Shown here piece after piece: positions 16,892-20,000 of a stretch of 20,000 nucleotides of DNA (position 1 is its first letter; each line of letters begins with the position of its first letter). The notes beneath the pieces were generated by a model that had not been told where the DNA came from, did no database searches, and was given only the letters and a program-made list of their open reading frames with translations. Where the stretch lies: the IMG/VR virus record IMGVR_UViG_3300036770_002758; one strand, written 5' to 3'. A program made the translations under genes and the position numbers. The DNA comes from an uncultured virus (IMG/VR IMGVR_UViG_3300036770_002758). Lineage: Duplodnaviria; Heunggongvirae; Uroviricota; Caudoviricetes.

Positions 16892-17816
16892 CGAGGCTCC
16901 GTGGGCCTTCCGACTATAGCTTTCCCCGCAGGGATAATCTCACTTAGTCTGTGCAAGTCCTTAAAGACTGTTATGGTACGCCAGTAGTTGCTCAATCTTG
17001 TGTTTTTTGAGCTTGCTGTGTTGTACCATCTTGGTAAGGAACATTACTGCAAACGAACTATACGTTTTGGATAAAGAATGTCTCCAATCCAAAATGTGTT
17101 TCTTGCCTACTCCCCTATCGGTAATATATCCACCGAAAGCCTTGTGGAGAAGATCAAGAGCTACTCTATCGTTTTCGTGCGCTGTTGCTTGTATAAGCAA
17201 TTTAGGACCTTTGTGTGACGGCGGGTGGCTGTATATGTAGCTACCGTCCCCATCAAGGTATCCTGCTGTCCATGCCCAAGAAGGATGTTTCTTAGGCTTT
17301 ACTGGACCCGCATCGGCCCTAGAGGCTTTGCTGAACGCACGTAGTTGTTCCTTATCAAGATCACTGAGTTTTTTACCTTTGTACTTTTTACACATCGCCA
17401 ACATCCTGTCAAAGTGCTTGCCTTTAATGACTAGATGTTTAATCAAGCGGGGAAGTAACATCTCCACATCGGAAGTTTTACTAACCGCCCAGACTGTTAT
17501 AGGTGCCCAAGTTTCGGTTCGTTGGCTTTTTGTGTGACTAGAGCCGTAGCCGGTAGACTCGGGGAGTCCTAAAACATATTCATGTTTGTCTATGGATGTG
17601 GCTGCGCTTATTCTCATTGATAATGTTAGTCTGTCTCCAGTAAATTCAAAAGACAAACAACCATCAGCGTCAATAAGTCCAGCAAGGTACTTCACTTCTG
17701 TTTCAGTGATCGTCTTCATCAATCCGCCTATTGTGTTTGGATTGTCTAGGTTCTTTCGTGTTGCCTAGCTATCTAGGTGTCCACGTTATTCAGAGATTAG
17801 GTGGCCTTAGATCAAA
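16892..17816 (-). mobile_element. Group I self-splicing intron (925 nt) carrying a LAGLIDADG homing endonuclease gene
   Basis: The 5' exon ends in U paired to G in P1 (GUGGU/GCCAC) and the intron ends in G. Pairings seen: P3 UAAUCUC/GAGAUUA, P4 CGUG/CACG, P5 CCUAG/CUAGG, P6 AAG-CCU/AGG-CUU, P7 GACUA/UAGUC, P8 UCCC/GGGA, P9 AGGC/GCCU. R-like GCACAGACUA and S-like AAGCUAUAGUC elements are present. Removing the intron restores the capsid frame. Confidence 0.93.
16961..17719 (-). CDS. Intron-encoded double-motif LAGLIDADG homing endonuclease (252 aa)
   Basis: Two motifs, KYLAGLIDADGC and AWTAGYLDGDGS. Basic protein. ATG 17719 (or TTG 17722) follows SD-like AGGCGG. The ORF is visibly more AT-rich than the flanking capsid exons. 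Confidence 0.93.
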   Translation of the reverse strand: MKTITETEVKYLAGLIDADGCLSFEFTGDRLTLSMRISAATSIDKHEYVLGLPESTGYGSSHTKSQRTETWAPITVWAVSKTSDVEMLLPRLIKHLVIKGKHFDRMLAMCKKYKGKKLSDLDKEQLRAFSKASRADAGPVKPKKHPSWAWTAGYLDGDGSYIYSHPPSHKGPKLLIQATAHENDRVALDLLHKAFGGYITDRGVGKKHILDWRHSLSKTYSSFAVMFLTKMVQHSKLKKHKIEQLLAYHNSL

Positions 17817-17895
17817 ACCACAGTTCAGGAACGAAGGTGCCAACATCGGACAGACCGACTGCGCCGGTCATAGTGGGGTAAGTTGAAGTAGCCAT
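17817..17895 (-). CDS. Major capsid protein, exon 1 (MATSTYPTMTGAVGLSDVGTFVPELW plus the first base of Ser)
   Basis: SD AGGAGA at 17906-17901 and ATG 17895, directly after the scaffold stop. Ends in the coat-protein motif FVPELW. Absent from the ORF track because it is short. Confidence 0.9.
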
Positions 17896-17908
17896 TACAA
17901 TCTCCTAG

Positions 17909-18682
17909 TTAAATGACCCTTCCTTCTGCATAGGCATTCCGGATTTCACCGGCCAATGCTGCATAGCGGTCAGGGTCTTCTCGCATGAGTTTAATAATAT
18001 CAGCCCTGCGATACTTCTTCTTCGACTGAGGAACCTGAGCAGAGGTGTTGCCACCTGTGGCTGCTTGTTTTACAGTTGCCTTCCTGGCGGTAGTCTCACT
18101 GGAGACTGTCTGTTGAACAAGCTGCTGACGCTCTTTCCATGTTGAAAACAACTCATCGGCTGCATCAACGTCATACTGCTGGTCAGCTTGTACAAGTAGG
18201 CTTTGACGGACCTTAGAGGCTTTGACCCATTCCAGAAACTTCTCATCCTGAATGATCTGATCGACATCCGGGTGTCTGCGTTTCATCTCGGCCTGTGCCG
18301 TTGCCTGCTTCTGTTGAAGAGTTAGAGTCTTCAGTTCCTTGAAGGCAGGATGGCTCTCTACGGTCTGCGCTACTGCTGCTTTTGGATCAGCGAAGAAGTC
18401 AATTTCTTCAGGCTGTTTCTTGGTCTCGACAAGTTCTGTCTGCTTAGTGATGAAATCATCGACTACTTTACGCAACTCGCCTACTTCATTGGCATGGCGT
18501 CCTAGTGCCTTCTCGGCCTCTTGGTGCATCCTTACAATGTCTACAAGGCTTTTGTTGCGGTACTTATCTGGAAGTCCATCGGGTTCAGGGTTGTCCGGTT
18601 CGGGGGCCTGTTCCTCTGTTGCCAGCTTTTCAAGTGCTTCGATTTCGTTTTCAAGCATACGCTTGTCAATTATTTCTGCCAT
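17909..18682 (-). CDS. Capsid scaffolding protein (257 aa)
   Basis: LPDKYRNKS...IVRMHQEAEK.LGRH.NEVGELRK and a C-terminal DII.LM..DPDRY......I..AYAEGRV. Acidic and helical, directly upstream of the capsid gene. SD GGAG. Confidence 0.8.
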   Translation of the reverse strand: MAEIIDKRMLENEIEALEKLATEEQAPEPDNPEPDGLPDKYRNKSLVDIVRMHQEAEKALGRHANEVGELRKVVDDFITKQTELVETKKQPEEIDFFADPKAAVAQTVESHPAFKELKTLTLQQKQATAQAEMKRRHPDVDQIIQDEKFLEWVKASKVRQSLLVQADQQYDVDAADELFSTWKERQQLVQQTVSSETTARKATVKQAATGGNTSAQVPQSKKKYRRADIIKLMREDPDRYAALAGEIRNAYAEGRVI

Positions 18683-18741
18683 TATTAACTCCGTGCAATA
18701 GCATTATGGAGAAGGGTTAGGGCTACTTGGCTGTAGTTTAC

Positions 18742-18960
18742 CTAATCGTCTGGGGAGGACCGCTTTGCCTCTTTCTCATGAGTCCTTGCCCATTTAAGGG
18801 CTGCGCCTGGGTAGTCGCCAAGGCCCGGAATCTTGAGAAGCGGAGCGGAGATAAGCCTTTCGGCTATTTGGTTGCAGTCCGGGCAGGGTGCTTGTCGGAC
18901 AGAGGAGGCCACATTGGCCTCGAAGGTATGAGCATTAGGGCATCGGAAGTCAAACAACAT
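18742..18960 (-). CDS. FmdB-like zinc-ribbon protein (72 aa)
   Basis: MLFDFRCPNAHTFE...CPDC...AERLISAP pattern (CxxxH/CxxC). Probable start is ATG 18960. Confidence 0.75.
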   Translation of the reverse strand: MLFDFRCPNAHTFEANVASSVRQAPCPDCNQIAERLISAPLLKIPGLGDYPGAALKWARTHEKEAKRSSPDD

Positions 18961-19198
18961 CTTCTTCTGCCTCAAGGGCCTCTACGGTCTGGCGGATAGA
19001 GGCCTCAAAGTTAACAAGGGTCCGAATTGCATCAAGTTGGCCCTGACGGAAGTCAAGATCACGTGGGTCTTTAATGGTTCGGATGTCGTTAAGCTGATTG
19101 ACAGTAACTTCCAACTGATCCTGAAGCTGTTTCCAGCCTTCTGTGTGGAAGATGTCGAAGAAGTTGTCGTAGTAGCGTTCTAGTTCTTTGTTTTTCAC
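18950..19198 (-). CDS. Conserved small phage protein of the head-gene cluster (82 aa)
   Basis: ELERYY..FFDIF.TEGWKQL...DLDFRQGQL. GTG start with an overlap into the next gene. Confidence 0.7.
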   Translation of the reverse strand: MKNKELERYYDNFFDIFHTEGWKQLQDQLEVTVNQLNDIRTIKDPRDLDFRQGQLDAIRTLVNFEASIRQTVEALEAEEDVV

Positions 19199-19213
19199 TA
19201 CTGGTACCCTATA

Positions 19214-19241
19214 ATTATACCATACTTTTTAAAACAGTCAA
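19214..19241 (-). promoter_or_regulatory. Sigma70-type promoter with extended -10, upstream of the head genes
   Basis: On the - strand, TTGACT (19241-19236), a 16-nt spacer ending in TGG, then TATAAT (19219-19214), in an AT-rich intergenic gap. Confidence 0.75.
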
Positions 19242-19246
19242 GGATT

Positions 19247-19417
19247 TTAATGAGTTTCTTGTTCTGCTGCCTTAAACAGGAGTACCTTGCCTTCAGGAAC
19301 TGTCTTTGAAGCCTCTTTGTTGATAAATTCATAGGCTTTGATGACATCATCAGCCGTCCAGCCGCCTTGGGTGTAGGCCATAATGGACAGGAACAGGTTA
19401 ATTTTGTTGTCATCCAT
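19247..19417 (-). CDS. Hypothetical protein (56 aa, MDDNKINLFL...)
   Basis: ATG 19417 with SD GAGG, 1 nt after the upstream stop. Confidence 0.6.
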   Translation of the reverse strand: MDDNKINLFLSIMAYTQGGWTADDVIKAYEFINKEASKTVPEGKVLLFKAAEQETH

Positions 19418-19418
19418 G

Positions 19419-19571
19419 TTATTTGGCCTCTTTGGTAGCTTTAGCGGGCTTTGCTGAAGCCTCTTCAAGGGCTTTGATGCGCTCTTCCATCTCTGAAATC
19501 CGCTTTCGATCTTGCTCAAAGCTGGCATTTACCTGGTTGATGATGTTTTTAAGCTCAGTTGCTGTAATCAT
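19419..19571 (-). CDS. Hypothetical coiled-coil protein (50 aa, MITATELKNIINQVNASFEQDRKRISEMEERIKALEEASAKPAKATKEAK)
   Basis: Read manually; below the ORF-track size cutoff. SD GAGGT before ATG 19571, and it fills the gap between neighbours. Confidence 0.7.
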   Translation of the reverse strand: MITATELKNIINQVNASFEQDRKRISEMEERIKALEEASAKPAKATKEAK

Positions 19572-19584
19572 AAGACCTCACTGG

Positions 19585-20000
19585 TTAAATAGCAGCCGCC
19601 AAATTAGCGGCCAAGTTTGCTGCTTTCTTGGTTTCATCCAAGGTTTTGCCTGTAGAGCCTGCTGATGCGTAAGAAGACACTGCGGCATTCCACACACCAT
19701 TGATAATATCCGTCTTATCCTGGTTGGTTACACCAGAACCTACGGCAACTGTGTAGACCTTACCGGCATACAGAGTAATCGACCCGCCGCCCGTTGTGCT
19801 GGTAACCACAGGGGCTACGCCATCGTCGCGGTACAAGCGAAGGTCGCCAGTGAAGATCACGCCCGTGCTGGCAGTGTTGTCCAGCTTCAGGTTGATTCGA
19901 TCAGTGACCACCTTGTAGTTGCCAGCGTCTTCCGCCACCAGCCCGCCGATCAGCGTGCGGATACCGTCGGCTGTCGTGCGCTCTTTGCACCACCAAGCGT
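19585..20000 (-). CDS. Hypothetical, probably virion-associated protein; 5' end outside the window
   Basis: The frame is open to the window edge (AWWCKERTTADGIRTLIGGLVAEDAGNY...). G/T/S/V-rich with C-terminal DIINGVWNAAVSSYASAGSTGKTL. Confidence 0.6.
   Translation of the reverse strand, partial: AWWCKERTTADGIRTLIGGLVAEDAGNYKVVTDRINLKLDNTASTGVIFTGDLRLYRDDGVAPVVTSTTGGGSITLYAGKVYTVAVGSGVTNQDKTDIINGVWNAAVSSYASAGSTGKTLDETKKAANLAANLAAAI

Noticed and set aside
16961..17722. LAGLIDADG ORF as an intein or a free-standing endonuclease
   Set aside because: It has its own start and stop, is not fused in frame to the capsid protein, lacks intein terminal residues, and is flanked by group I core elements.
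19198..19413. 71-aa ORF in the track crossing the promoter gap
   Set aside because: It overlaps the better-supported 19247-19417 ORF in another frame and runs through the AT-rich promoter region.
1..20000. T7-type phage RNA polymerase promoters, tRNA genes, integrase or att sites
   Set aside because: By eye I found no repeated ~20-bp intergenic promoter motif, no cloverleaf with T and D loop consensus, and no recombinase ORF.

Overview
A 20 kb piece of a tailed dsDNA bacteriophage genome, most likely a podovirus, with two convergent arms. The + arm (1-2838) carries T7-like DNA metabolism genes: SSB, 5'-3' exonuclease, endonuclease I, a metallophosphoesterase and a DUF3310 protein. The - arm (20000-2919) carries the morphogenesis genes: small proteins, scaffold, major capsid protein, Gly-rich tail fibre, a cluster of small membrane/enzyme genes, a collagen-like protein, tail tube A/B-like proteins and three internal virion proteins. 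The arms meet at a pair of intrinsic terminators. The main finding is that the major capsid gene is split by a 925-nt group I intron (16892-17816, - strand). The intron has a very compact ribozyme core and a double-motif LAGLIDADG homing endonuclease ORF in the P6 extension, and splicing restores the motif FVPELW-S-DEI and a 320-aa capsid protein. Other notable items are a 693-aa protein with 80 uninterrupted Gly-X-Y triplets (29 of them GTN, encoded by a 9-bp tandem repeat), an HslV/proteasome-like Ntn protease next to a DUF1353 protein and a lipoprotein, and a near-consensus sigma70 promoter upstream of the head genes. All family assignments come from motif recognition by eye, not from database searches.
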